From positions 52,514,001 through 52,578,000 of the forward strand of contig OZ024743.1 in the NCBI GenBank assembly GCA_964016885.1: a stretch of 64,000 nucleotides of DNA, read 5' to 3'. Source of the DNA: Eledone cirrhosa (lineage: Eukaryota). A program made the translations under genes and the position numbers. A model generated the notes under the pieces. The model did no database searches and was not told where the DNA came from. It saw only the letters and a program-made list of their open reading frames with translations. Below, one piece after another: positions 1-12,215 of this stretch. Position 1 is the stretch's first letter. Every line of letters starts with the position of its first letter.

Positions 1-2120
1 GTGCTTCCATGTTTGGAATTTCTTCTCTAGCTCGGCCATTGATTCCGCTATGAGTGTCAGGTCATCTGCGTATAGGAGTTCCCATGGGCAGCCGGTCTTG
101 AACTCCTCTGTTATAGCCTGAAGGGCAATAATAAATAGTAGGGGGCTGAGAACAGAGCCCTGATGGACGCCAACTTTTACGCTAAACTCTTCACTATATT
201 CGTTGTTAATTTTAACCTTGCTGACTGTTTCTTTATACATGGCTTGTATAGCTCTCACAAGCCATTCGTCAACGCCTAGTTTTCTAAGAGCCCACCAGAT
301 AATGGAGCGGGGGACTCTGTCGAAGGCTTTCTCCAAGTCGACAAAAGCTAAGTAGAGGGGTTTACCTTTAGCTAGGTACTTCTCCTGTAGTTGTCGTACA
401 ATGAAAAGAGCGCCTGTGGTACTTTTGCCTGACACAAACCCGAACTGCATTTCATCTAGGTCAATTCTCTCTCTGATTAGTTGCGCTATTACTTTTTCCG
501 TGACCTTTATGACCTGGTCGATTAATTTAATGCCTCTATAGTTACTCCTATCTAGGGCGTCTCCTTTACCCTTATAACAGTTAACGATGATGCTGCTATG
601 CCAGTCCTTCGGAACAACCCCATTCTGTACGACTTGGTTAACTATGCGGGTGACCATGGTGTGTCCCACCGTGCCAGATGCCTTCAGCATCTCAGCAACT
701 ATTTCCGAAGGCCCAGCCGCCTTACCCGTCTTCATATCCTTGATTGCCTTACTTATTATACTCCCCTCGACTAACACTGCTGGTCCCTCTATTGGGTCCC
801 TCTATTTCTCCCATTTATTCTCCTCATTTAGTAGCCTTTCATAGTGACACTTCCAAGCTACCTTCTTATCAGCGTCGGTGATGGCAAGTATGCCATCATC
901 GTTAAGTACACACTTCTCCCCGACAATATCACGGTTTTCCTTGATGCATTGCCTAGCAATCCTGAACACCTCACGTTTTTGGTCCTCGCATTGTAGAACA
1001 TGCTTGAACTTTCTTTCCTCAGCTTCCCTTCTTGCTAAGTACACTTGTCTCCTAGCTTCCCTCCTGGCCACTTGATAGTCTTCTCTACTTCCCCCATCCC
1101 GCCATACCTTCCAAGCCTGCTTTTTGGCCTTAATTGACCCCTCCACCTTACTGTTCCACCACCATGTTACTCTCCTCCTGCCTACAGGCCTGCTCCAGCC
1201 ACAGACTTCGTCTGTCGCCATCAGTAGGTTTGCTTTCAGAAATTCCCACTGTCCCTCTATATTGTCCGACTCTAAATGTTCTTCCTTACTGTCGAAAGCA
1301 TCAAGTAATATGCTTTGAAATTTATTTCTGGCTGTGGGGTCCTTTAGCTTCCATATTTTACTCCTGAGGATAGTCCTCTTCTGCTGTCGAGTACGTCTCG
1401 TCCTGACTATGAGGTCGCTAATTATCAGTCTATGTTGGGAGGTGCATTCTTCATGGGGGAGGGATTTAGTGTTTACAACAGACACTCTGTCACGTCTTCT
1501 GGTAAGGATATAATCTACCTGGCTTGTGTGTTCCCCGGATCTATAGGTGATCAGGTGATTGTCACGTTTTTTAAAGTTAGTGTTACAGATAGTTAGGTTA
1601 TTTGCATCACAGAATTCCAGGATTCTGGAGCCTTCCTCATTTCTAGTACCAAACCCATAGCCTCCATGGATTTCGTCGTAGCCGTCACAATGTTGTCCAA
1701 CGTGACCATTTAGGTCGCCTGCAATAATTATATAGTCACTGTCGGTTATTTGGGAGGTAGCGAGCATCAGTGTCTCATAGAATCTGTCTTTTATAGTGCC
1801 GGGCAGTCCGGATTGGGGTGCGTACGCAGATATTACTGTCACCGTAGTTCTATTGAGGACAAGTCGTATTTTAATTATTCTGTCATTCACTCTATTTACG
1901 TCTATTATCTTATCTGCCCACTTTTCTGCTACCATGATTCCTACTCCACCCAGCCCATCGTCGTTTCCCACCCAGAAAAGCTTATAACATCGTTTTTTAC
2001 CCTCAATGAATCTAGCAGACCCACCCCTCCACCTGGTCTCTTGAATACAACAAACATCGACCTCCTTACGTTCAAGCATTTCTACAACCTCGTTAGCGTG
2101 ACCCTTTAGGGTGCCTACAT
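1..2120 (-). mobile_element. RTE-clade non-LTR retrotransposon (AP endonuclease + reverse transcriptase), 5'-truncated, one in-frame stop, runs off the window start
   Basis: ORF 802-2079 has APE motifs (CIQETRW, SAYAPQ, GDLNGHVG, DYIL, SQHRL). After TAG at 802-804 the same frame resumes (PIEGP..KAIKDMKTGKAAGPSEI), and the RT motifs GVHQGSVLSPLLF and ELLYADDL occur at ~60-175. Homology ends upstream at VGTLKG against a (TA)n tract at ~2120. Confidence 0.95.
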
Positions 2121-2262
2121 GTGTATATATATATATATGTATATATATATATGTATATTTATATATATATGTATATATATATGTATAATGGCCGCAGTCT
2201 GATGAATGAAACTAGTGTTATAATAAAAGAATGAAAGAATACACAGACAGTGCAAAGCCTAC

Positions 2263-2463
2263 CTGATAACTCCTGGCGTTGTTTGTCAACCCTCTGCATG
2301 TCACAAGCTTCTCCACGACAGACACGTTTCTGTTTCAATGCCGGACAAGGTTTCCCTCCATGGGCCGCCTGTATTTCGATCTCCCTCTCTCGTATTTGTA
2401 CTCCATGGATGCAGGCATCACCACAGTTCCACTCTGTCCATTGACTTACGTAACAATCAACAG
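2263..2463 (-). CDS. Internal coding exon, spondin-type thrombospondin type-1 domain; probable somatomedin-B and TSP1 domain-containing protein (SBSPON/RPE-spondin-like)
   Basis: Translates (A)VDCYVSQWTEWNCGDACIHGVQIREREIEIQAAHGGKPCPALKQKRVCRGEACDMQRVDKQRQELS, which has the DC-x-WxxW-C-C-RxRxR-GGxxCP-C pattern. Acceptor tttcttgtattttacAG (AG at 2465-2464), donor CAG|GTAGGC (GT at 2262-2261). 201 nt, phase 1-1. The SBSPON assignment is from family resemblance only. Confidence 0.88.
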
Positions 2464-3079
2464 CTGTAAAATACAAGAAAGGGAAACAAAATAAGAAAAT
2501 GCTGACAATATTTGGTGGTCCAATGGACGTATTTTAAAATACAAAAATATTTTTTCTTTTTACTGCTTCGACGGGGAGGGGAAGGTAGTGTCCATCAGAG
2601 TCGACTTAAACTAGCATGAAGCCCTTGGCTGAAAATTTCATCAAACTGATTTTTAGCAAAAATGAAATTAATTTGGGTCCCTTTTATTATTGTGACTCCA
2701 TAGTTACCCGTTTATCAACATTTCCTTAATCCACCACAGGTGCTCATGTCCTTTTTCAGGTTCTTCAAGACTAATGGAAGAGAGGAAGATGTTATCAAAA
2801 TAGAAACCTGGCCCGAATGATGTTTGCAGCAGAGGTAACTTCGTTAAGGACACTCAAGAACCAGGTGGTAGTGTTAAACTGAGAGACAGATTAAGTCTGT
2901 TACCTAAAATATTGATTAGACAGGAGCGAAAACCGTTCAGAAGCAGGGGGAAAAGAGAGAGAGAGGGGGGGGGGGGTAATGAACTTGTAAGCCATAGATG
3001 TCTTGGCATGTGAATCTTTACTCATGAGAAAGATGACCTGTTTAAATACAATCTACAGTCTGATCTCTCTATCTCTCCC

Positions 3080-3114
<35 letters not shown>

Positions 3115-3119
3115 TATAT

Positions 3120-3302
3120 GGATTGGCAGTATCGGTAGAGGGTCGGACAACATGCTTTGACGCATAGAGTTACGGCCTTTGCTATTCTGAGTTCAAATCC
3201 CGTCGAGGTTAACATTGCCTTTCATCCTTACGGGGTCGATAAAATAAAATACCAGTAATGCACTGAGTAATTGTTGACCTTGTGCCAAAAGAAGAAACAA
3301 TT
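3120..3302 (+). mobile_element. tRNA-derived SINE, family A (Deu/Nin-domain-like core)
   Basis: A-box TGGCAGTATCGG, B-box GTTCAAATCC, core GCCTTTCATCCTTACGGGGTCGATAAAATA. Near-identical copies occur elsewhere in the window. Confidence 0.9.
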
Positions 3303-3904
3303 ATATATATAGTAATATTTATATATATAGTAATATTTATATATATATATAGTAATATTTATATATATATATATAGTAATATTTATATATATATATATAT
3401 ATAGTAAAATATATATATATATATAGTAATATTTATATATATATATATATATATATAGTAAAATATATATATATATATAGTAAATAAGATCGTTATTGCT
3501 CCAATCAGTCCACAAACCCTCACCAAACACCAACCTACACGCATGACTCTTGCCAAACCTCACTCACCCTCTAAAATCAGTAAACCAAACGTGGGCCGTC
3601 CACCTTCCGCTGCAACACCAAATGGAGAAGACAGACATTATCAAGCTGTAGCTGTTATATTACATAGTTTCTATAAAATAAAACCACCAAAGCTATTATC
3701 TGCAACAACCACAACCCCTTTACATAATAGACCGTGCTTCACCTTCTCCCGTTGTCTCACAACTTTAAACCCGCTGTTAAATTTAGGTAGCCGCCACCAT
3801 ACATAACAATAAATAATAGTTGAATAAGTCGGGTAAATTACCGCTGTAGGTGTACAAATGACAGCGCCAGATATCTCTTTACCTGGCTTAATCAACTATT
3901 ATTT

Positions 3905-4080
3905 AGGTTGGCAGAGTCGTTAGGGCGTCGGGCTAAGCGTAGCAGTATTTGTTCGGGGTCTTTACGTTCTGAGTTCAATTTCCGCCGAGGTCAACATTGT
4001 CTGTCATCCTTTCGAGGTCGATATAATCAACTTTTCCCTTCCCCTAAATTACTGGCCGTGTGCCTAAATTAGAAACAATT
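3905..4080 (+). mobile_element. Older family A SINE copy
   Basis: TTGGCAGAGTCGTTAG...CTGAGTTCAATTTCCGCCGAGGTCAAC...CATCCTTTCGAGGTCGAT...TTAGAAACAATT. Confidence 0.8.
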
Positions 4081-5669
4081 ATTTATAGTTATCAGTAGTG
4101 TGGTGCCTACTAAAGAATGCAAACATATTTTTGAATTTCCAGAATGCCCCGTAAATCAACCAAATATTTGAATTCATATAAAAATGAGTCAACTCATCGC
4201 TAGAACAACCGTTGAAACAGCTAAATGCTGTCAAAGACAGTGATGGGTAAAAATGCCTCAGAGGACAGAGACCAGCAGCCAGTGGTCAACGGAGGACAGA
4301 GACCAGTGGCCAGTGATCAACAGAGAGACATTCCACAAAGTGGGTGACAGGCAGATGATATATGTCTTAGAGGACAAAGACCAGTGGCCAGTGGTCAACA
4401 GAGAGACAGTCCACAAGGTGGGTGACAGATGAAATATAGAAAAGATTGAAAGAGGAGGAGGACAAGAAGAGGTGTGTTGTCACACAAAAGTGACCGGAAG
4501 AGGAAATAAAGAAAGGCGATGTACAAGACCAGTTTACACACACACACATCTTCACACTCATCAGCTCTCAAACCAGCAAAATGGTTTCGCACGACTTAAT
4601 TGAGAGTACCATTTCAAAATGCTGGATTATGCAACAGAAAAATAAATCTTTCTGCTGGTATGATGTGTGTGTATGATAAAACAAAGACAACATTGTTTTT
4701 TCATTTAACCAAATATTGTTTATAATGTATACTGCAAGGCAAACATTCCTTACTTGATAAAAAAATATTCTTTATTAAATTTTCAAATTTCTTTTACTGT
4801 TTCTCAGTTTCGTAGACTACTAGACTGCTTACTCATTATCACAGTTTAGTAATAATGACGTTAACATTTTGGAATAATATAATAAATTAATAATGGTATG
4901 AGCTGTTTTTTTTCAAATCTGTTAGATTCTGTTTTGAAAGAGATGGTATCATCGTGTGAAGCTACTGTCCCTCAAATATATAGCATTTTATTTGCTTACC
5001 ATAGCATTTTTTTTTTTTATCAAAACACGTTACTGATATAAATTTATATTAATTATAACGAGCCAGGCAATTAGATTTTGTCCAGCTTCGCTGCAATCTA
5101 CCAACTCAATGAATTTACAAAAACCCTATGTTGTAAATACTAATCTGCAAATCAACGTGGAGACAATACGTTACATGGTGGATAATATATATGTAAATAA
5201 GCATGTAGGACCATGCATAAATCTAAACGTAGATATATGTTAATAATACGAATAGGCTATGTAGCCGGTAAACCCCAAAGGGACGCAACACACATCGTTA
5301 TAATGTTCCACAACTCCTTCCTTCTGTTAATGTATTTACCTGTAGATGTGTATGTAACTAAACTAGATGTGTATGTAACTAAACTGTACCAAATAGAAAA
5401 CTAAATGATTTTAACTTGTTTTTTAACAATTGATGGCGAAAAAGATTTCAAATTGTCTTAACTCGGCTTGCAATACATGGTGTCTGACACACTTACCAGC
5501 TACATAGCCTGGGAGTCTATTTTACCGGGACTGGCTACATAGCCTCTTCCTAAATAATACACTCTGAAAACAAAGCCAATACATCTAATTGATAAGATCA
5601 TCGAATTCCAAACTCGTAATTAATACACTCATTAAAACTAAACTAATTATGAACTAAATATCTCTGCTA

Positions 5670-6040
5670 GAACCCAGACATCCCCTATGTTTCACAGCCC
5701 AGTCATCCCCTGTGTCACAACCCAGTCATTCCCTGTGTTTCACAACCCAGACATTCCCTGTGTTTCACAACCCAGACATTCCCTGTGTTTCACAACCCAG
5801 ATATTCCCTGTGTGTCACAACCCAGACATTCCCTGTGTGTCACAACCCAGACATTCCCTGTGTTTCACAACTCGGATATTCCCTGTGTGTCACAACCCAG
5901 ACATTCCCCGTGTTTCACAACCCAGACATCCCCCGTGTTTCACAACCCAGTCATCCCCTGTGTCACAACCCAGACATTCCCCGTGTTTCACAACCCAGAC
6001 ATCCCCTGTGTCAGAACCCAGTCATCCCCTGTATCACAAC
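5670..6040. repeat. Minisatellite, ~25-bp unit CACAACCCAGACATTCCCTGTGTTT, ~15 copies
   Basis: Directly visible tandem units. It explains the three overlapping periodic ORFs at 5687-6110. Confidence 0.95.
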
Positions 6041-6124
6041 CACTGAGTGTGGGGAGACGGGCCTTTTCAAGTTGAATATTACACAGTTTCTGGTTAGGAA
6101 TAGCTATTAAACAATGTCTAGTAT

Positions 6125-6157
<33 letters not shown>

Positions 6158-6359
6158 ACACTGACATACGTACATATATATAGAGGGATATGTAGTTTGT
6201 TTAAAACATAAAACATGACAGAGTTGAATATACACTAATGTGTGTGTGTGTGGGTGTGTATATATTACATAAAGAATATCCAGTATTACTCACACATACA
6301 CACGCAAAGAGTTATAAGATGTGTCATGGTATATCACCACCACCAGGAGTGTAGTCGAT

Positions 6360-6388
<29 letters not shown>

Positions 6389-6391
<3 letters not shown>

Positions 6392-6622
6392 AGAAACGGA
6401 GAATCAGTGTTGCGACGAATTAAAATGTATTAGACATATTACAATCGTTTCTCTGGCGACCAGCTCGAGACACGATCGATGCAATGATCGAACCTGACTC
6501 TGAAATCGCAAGTTCCTCAGACACGTCTCGATTCTACGAAGCAGAGTTTCGAAAGATTGAGACGTATTGTAATATGTCTAATAAATTCTAATTCGTCGGA
6601 CCACTGATTCTCCGTTTCTTAT
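6389..6622. repeat. Fold-back element with ~55-60-bp inverted arms and a degenerate hammerhead on the minus strand
   Basis: ATAAGAAACGGAGAATCAGTG..ATTAGACATATTACAAT pairs with ATTGTAATATGTCTAAT..CACTGATTCTCCGTTTCTTAT. The minus strand reads gtgtCTGAGGA...GAAACGATTGTA-atatg. Confidence 0.75.
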
Positions 6623-7563
6623 ATGATATTATAGTCTGCTCTGTAAGAGCATCGAGTGCTCAAACGGCCTACCGCATACGGACGCCTTAAGCATCCCACA
6701 CCAAATATATATATATATATATATGTATACTGTATATATATCAATGTATTTAAGCCTGCTTTTCCATGCTGGCTTTGAATGATAAGGTCCAAATCCTCTA
6801 TTTACATTATACTAAACTCCTGGCCTCTAAGTACCTGATCCACCAGAGCTCGGCAATCTCAAATAGTGCTAAGATCAGTATCTTGATAGAGGACGCGATA
6901 CGGGTGATGAGAAATGTGTTCCGTATGTGCGATCCCACAGAGTTAAAGGGACACGTACAGCACTTAATCCACCACATACAGTTCTCTGGTTATGGTTACA
7001 ACAAAAGAGACAAAATCGGGTGTTCAAAGGAGACATGGCTAAATTCGAAACCATTATGGAGAATGATACAAATGGGATTTGCCTCTATACAGGAGCAAAT
7101 CATGGAATAGCATTAAAAGAACTAAGAAGATAGGGAAGACCAACTCATGGTATGGCAGCCACAAGTATCAGTGTCATGTTCGTCAATGCTATTCCTAAAG
7201 GCGAACAAGTCTATAGTTTTAGAAGAGCAGTAGACAAACATGAACCTAAGGTTTAAAGTAGTAGAAAAGCCTGGAGCGCCCATAAAATACCGGATCAGTA
7301 GGGTATACCCCATTAGGAAAACCCCAGGCACCGATAGAAACAGCTAAACTGCAAAACTAGAAATGTTGTTTATACAACTATAATAAAATCGGTTTCAACA
7401 CGCCATCTCACATCAAGAATTTTGCAAATGCATATATATATATATATATATATAACGAAGGAAGTGTGGTAAGGAAGCAGGTGGACCATAACGCACCAGC
7501 GTACTCGATACTTTCGGTTGTAGAGTGGGTAATAGGAAAATGTTCAGGACTCCGACGGCAGAG

Positions 7564-7607
<44 letters not shown>

Positions 7608-7923
7608 CATCTATATATTTTCCTATATATATTGCATCCCCCATCCCACATATATATATATTGATATCTACAAATACATGTAGAGAGAGAGAGAGAGAGA
7701 GAGGAGATTGAGAAGAAAGATATGCGAGAGAAAAATAAGGCCAACTCTGACATAAATGGTAGAACAGTCAATTAAACATCTGACCTACAGCTGCACATAC
7801 TGTAATAGTTGCTTCACCAACTGGGAACACATGTGAGAGACAGCTGTACTTACTAACGTAATAGCTTATCCCAGTCAACTAAATAAGTTGACACTATATA
7901 TATATATATCCAGGGAGTGTAAC

Positions 7924-8074
7924 TTGGAGTTACTGTAGGTTTCCATTACCATTGTAAGGGGTCTGACGAGCCGCGGTTTACAGAGTCGGGTTAGATCGAC
8001 ACAGATCCAACCTTGAGCTGATCAGTGGCGAAACGCGCGTCACCAACCAATAAACGTAATGAAGGAGTAACCAA
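7924..8074 (+). ncRNA. Type I hammerhead ribozyme (Penelope-like-element type) with extended stem II
   Basis: CTGACGA at 7963-7969, stem II GCCGC/GTGGC, GAAA at 8030-8033, palindromic stem III ACGCGCGT, GUC with predicted cleavage after C8041. Stem I GGT/ACC is extended by ATTG/CAAT, CATTAC/GTAATG and GTTACT/AGTAAC. AATAAA lies just downstream. Confidence 0.8.
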
Positions 8075-8979
8075 TCACCCTTGTGATTATTTCACTATAT
8101 ATATAAGTGTGTGTGTGTGTGTGTGTGTACGAAGAGTTTAACTAAACGCCAAATGAACAAAGAGTACATCGCTACCCCGATGATATGGACCTGGGCGATG
8201 TAGAGCAGTGCTCCCCGGCGTGTAGAACCCCAAGGGCCAGTCGCCTCGTAGTCCCAGCGGACAGAATGGAAACAGAGTTGAGGATGGGAAAAAGGACACA
8301 TTGAAATAGCCATTTCTAAGTGGCAAGGCTCACCCCTGCGGGTAACCAAGCCCTCATACCTCCACCCCCATCGGATGGGCAACCAAACCTTCTTACGTCC
8401 CTCCCCCATCGTTACAGGTTTAAATCAAACCCATCGGAGAGCAGCCAATACTTCGACATCTGTCAATCCCTAGCTTGTCAGGTAACGAAGCCTGGGTCTT
8501 TTGTGTTCCAGATGAGGAAAGACAAATATATAAATACAACAGTTGTAGATGTCCAAGTGAGTTAAAGCCAAAGTTACCAATCTTTTCACCACCAAGGATA
8601 GTTTTGTTTTTAAATGTAGTCGTGTATATATATTGTCCGGGGAGGGTATATTAGGTACACTAGGTATATGATTTGATTACATTTACTTTTTTCTTTTTCT
8701 TTTTAATAATGAATGGTTGAATTTTATTCCTAGAAAATATGCCTTATTAATTATGTTAATCGTGCAAATAACAAGTGAATTATACAAAGCATATACATAA
8801 ATTTACAGTAGAATAACATAACAAATATGTTTTAAATATATACATAAATAACATTACGAAATCTCTTCGTTTTAGCTGAGGTGACATTCACAGGATATGT
8901 TCCAGAAATCGTCAGAAAGCCTACTACACTACTACTACTGACGATTTCATCACTAACTGAAACCGTGCTAGTCCCTTAA

Positions 8980-9414
8980 CCCTTTACCACTTACATTACT
9001 CTATATTTACTATTGTATTTTCACTGTAAAGGCTTTACCTTACATAATATCTCACATAACATTTACATTACTCTATATATACTATTGTATTTTCACAGTA
9101 AAGGCTTTACCTTACATAATATCTCACATAACATTTACATTACTCTATATACACTATTGTATTTTCACAGTAAAGGCTTTACCTCACATAATATCTCACA
9201 TAACGTTTACATTACTCTATATATACTATTGTATTTTCACATAAAGGCTTTATCTCACATGATTGCCCCACATAATATCGAGTCTATGAGATTTTGATAT
9301 TATTTAGTTTGAGAACAACACCTTAACATCAGTATGAGTGGCCAGTTACGGCCTGTTTCAACAGAAAGAGATGAGAGAAATCGGCCAGATATGGCCGGTT
9401 TAAATGCCAAAGGG
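8980..9414. mobile_element. Non-autonomous piggyBac-type MITE with an internal 72-bp tandem expansion
   Basis: TTAA-CCCTTT...AAAGGG-TTAA ends. Homologous (inverted) to 27326-27531. About 3.5 internal 72-bp repeats. Confidence 0.85.
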
Positions 9415-9961
9415 TTAAAAGTTGCCTCTCAATAAAATAAAAAGTATAGTAACTTCTCTAACTGACGTTTAAGTCCCCTATTATAATTATGGATCTGTGG
9501 AGCATCGGACACCATGCTTCGTGGTTCTTCAACTAATATATATCATCACATAACATACACTCTACTTTACCAAGTATCGAGTACTTAGCTGAACTAAACT
9601 TACTAGTCTAAACTGTTAATTCACACTCTCTCTCTCTCTCTCTATATATATATACATACACACACATAATATATATATATATATATATATATAAAGACTC
9701 AACAGGTAAAAACAACTTTGTAGAACGACACGATATACTTGTTTAACGCTTGATATAGTAGGAAGAGCCTTTTTGGACACACACACACACACATATATAT
9801 TTGAAATGTGGCCCAAACAAAGTCGATCACTATAAATAATAGCTAAGGAAATCACGTAAAGTACGCACACATTTCAATTTTTCCTAATGCTTCCTAAGTC
9901 AACAGCTTTGTCAACAATCTATCTATCTATATATATATTCTTTTTATTAAGGTTAAATAAT

Positions 9962-10073
9962 GAGTCTTGTTACTCTGGAGTTTCGCCTGTTTATCACAGG
10001 GTCATCAGACCAGAATCCCTGCCAGTCAGATGACCTTGTGATAAAAAGGTGAAACTCCAGAGTAACAAGACTC
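9962..10073. repeat. Fold-back element made of two divergent hammerhead-like arms
   Basis: GAGTCTTGTTACTCTGGAGTTTCGCCTGTTTATCACAGGGTCATCAGAC is the near-complement of GTCAGATGACCTTGTGATAAAAAGGTGAAACTCCAGAGTAACAAGACTC. The minus arm reads CTGATGA-C-CCTG..CAGG-C-GAAA-CTCCAGAG-TA. Confidence 0.75.
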
Positions 10074-10083
10074 TCTCTCTCTC

Positions 10084-10921
10084 TCTAACTAAAACAGAGA
10101 ATGTCTGTCTGTACAATCACTAAAACTCGAGAACCACCCAACCGATTCTTTTCAAACTTTACACATGTAATACTTATGGTCCTATTGAGTATTCTGAGCA
10201 AAAATAATTTCAAATTTTCAATGCGCTCGGGATCGCATTAGGCGATTTAGCGATCTCTTTCTCTCTCTCTTAGTCTTTCTCTTTTTAGATAGATACATAG
10301 ATATGACGTCGCGCTTTTATAATATCTGTCTGTATGCCTGACTGTCTTCCTTACGTCATTATGACGAAATCAGTGTGTGTGTGTATATATGTATATATAG
10401 TGCGTGTATGTATATATATTCTTATGCCAGGGAACGTCTTCACGAACCAATGTGTCGTCTTCCTATTTTCCTTCGGTTGCAACGTTTTTTGAAATATTTA
10501 CATCTGCGTTCACAGATTGATTTTTTTAGTTTCAGAAGATCCCGTTAAGGTTGAAAGCAGCGATTCTTTGCTTAAATATTAATATGTTATTTTAATATAG
10601 ATATTGGTGTACAGATATTTTTGCATACAACAAAAATAAAATATAAACAAACAAGGCCAACGATTACATCAGTTAGTCTTAGTGTACTTCATACTGCTTT
10701 TAGGTAGAAGATCTCGTTAAGGGTGAAAGCAGCGATTCTTTGCTTAAACTTTAATCTGTTATTTTAATATATATATATATTCGTGTACAGATATTTTTGC
10801 ATACACAATAACAAAATATAAACAAACGTATTTATTTCACGAGGCTCGGTAAGAATAAATATATATCAAATATATAAGAACCCTAGAGCAAATCCCGAGC
10901 AACGCCGGGCCATTCTGCTAG
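10084..10921 (+). mobile_element. Non-autonomous Helitron
   Basis: 5' TCTAACTAAAACAGAGAATGTCTGTCTG (boundary approximate). 3' GC hairpin CCCGAGCAACGCCGGG followed by CTAG-T at 10918-10922. Confidence 0.7.
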
Positions 10922-10924
10922 TAT

Positions 10925-12134
10925 ATATATATAAAGTTATAGTTCCTGCTTGTTTGTTTGTTCACGAACTTCTCCAATGGTTTTGGAGATAGACCCCCAT
11001 AACCATATATATTCTGAAACTACATTGCCCAGGGTACTTGGATAAGTATATTTCATTTTAATCAAATAGTTCCCCGGGCGCACAAACCCCCGCTGAAAAT
11101 GTTTTCCCTTCGATTTATATGAAATTTAAACCATAGGTAAATGACAAGATATGATGCCTATTCACAAAATTTCGGAAGATTTCAATAATATTAAGACACC
11201 TTAATGGGGGTTAACCCCCCCCCCCCCCCATAGTGAAAATGTTGGCCAATAAATGGAACAAGATGTGTTGTAACAAGATTGCATGAGAACTTGATTGAAG
11301 CAACCATTATATTCGGGGCTTACAAAGGCCAAGCTCTTCTCATTCCGATGATTCCACTTATACAAAGTGATAGCGAGGCTGCAGTTCCCAGTGAGGCCTT
11401 GTTTTGCTATGAGCATCAATAAGAGTCAAGGTCAAACTTTCAAAACTATTGGTATAGATCTGATAAATCCATGTTTCAGTTATGGCATGTTTTATGTGGC
11501 TATTTCAAGGACTGGAACTTCAAAAAATCTCTACATTTTAGCCAATCAAAGAAAGACAAGAAATGTTGTTTACCCTGAAGTTCTTCATTAGGACAAAGTA
11601 TGAAATATATTTTCATGTATTTATTATGTTAAAAAATAAATAATTAAACTTTGAATTTGTAATTTGAAAATAATTGTTTCTACTTTTGGCACAAGGCCAG
11701 CAATTATTCCAGTATATTACTGGCACTTTATTTTATCGACCCCGTAAGGATGAAAGGCAAAGTTAACCTCGGCGGGATTTGAACTCAGATCGTAAAGGGA
11801 CATAACTATGCTGGAAAGCATGTCCGACCCTCTACCGATACTGCCAATTCACCGCCCTTTTGAAATAATGCTTTACACAAAAATGAAATGATCAAGTTTT
11901 GAATTGATATTTTGAAAAAATTATTTACAAGAAACAAAAGAATAAGATTTAATAATGTAATTTTGATTTGATATATTACAAAAAATAATGTTTTCCAATT
12001 TTTCATGCATTACATTTTACATTGAGTAATATTGAAATGCAGAGTTTTTCTCCATAAATTATATCACTGATTTAAAATCAATCATAATCTAAAAAAATGT
12101 GTGAAACGCAGCAAGGCGCGGGTAATTCGGCTAG
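10925..12134 (+). mobile_element. Internally deleted Helitron retaining the C-terminus of the Pif1-type RepHel helicase (ORF 11367-11591)
   Basis: RLQFPVRPCFAMSINKSQGQT...FSYGMFYVAISR...TRNVVYPEVL is the Helitron helicase C-terminus. 3' hairpin CGCAGCAAGGCGCG plus CTAG at 12131-12134. 5' boundary approximate. Confidence 0.9.
11675..11857 (-). mobile_element. Family A SINE nested in the Helitron
   Basis: Full-length reverse copy flanked by an imperfect TSD, TTTGAAAATAAT / TTTGAAATAAT. Confidence 0.9.
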
Positions 12135-12169
12135 TATATATATATATAAAGTAAGCAGGAACAAAGTCT

Positions 12170-12215
<46 letters not shown>

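Noticed and set aside
2199-2213. CTGATGA..GAAAC hammerhead-like string
   Set aside because: Only 2 nt between the core boxes (no stem II). It is part of the LINE/SINE 3' tail.
3120-3210. tRNA genes suggested by A/B boxes (here and in other SINE heads)
   Set aside because: No cloverleaf. The boxes continue into SINE core and tail and are multicopy with TSDs.
5491-5570. Strong minus-strand donor CTG|GTAAGT with upstream AG as a candidate somatomedin-B exon
   Set aside because: No cysteine-rich reading frame. The sequence contains a locally repeated AGGCTATGTAGC motif.
8938-8972. CTGACGA...GAAAC hammerhead-like motif
   Set aside because: Stems II and III cannot be formed convincingly
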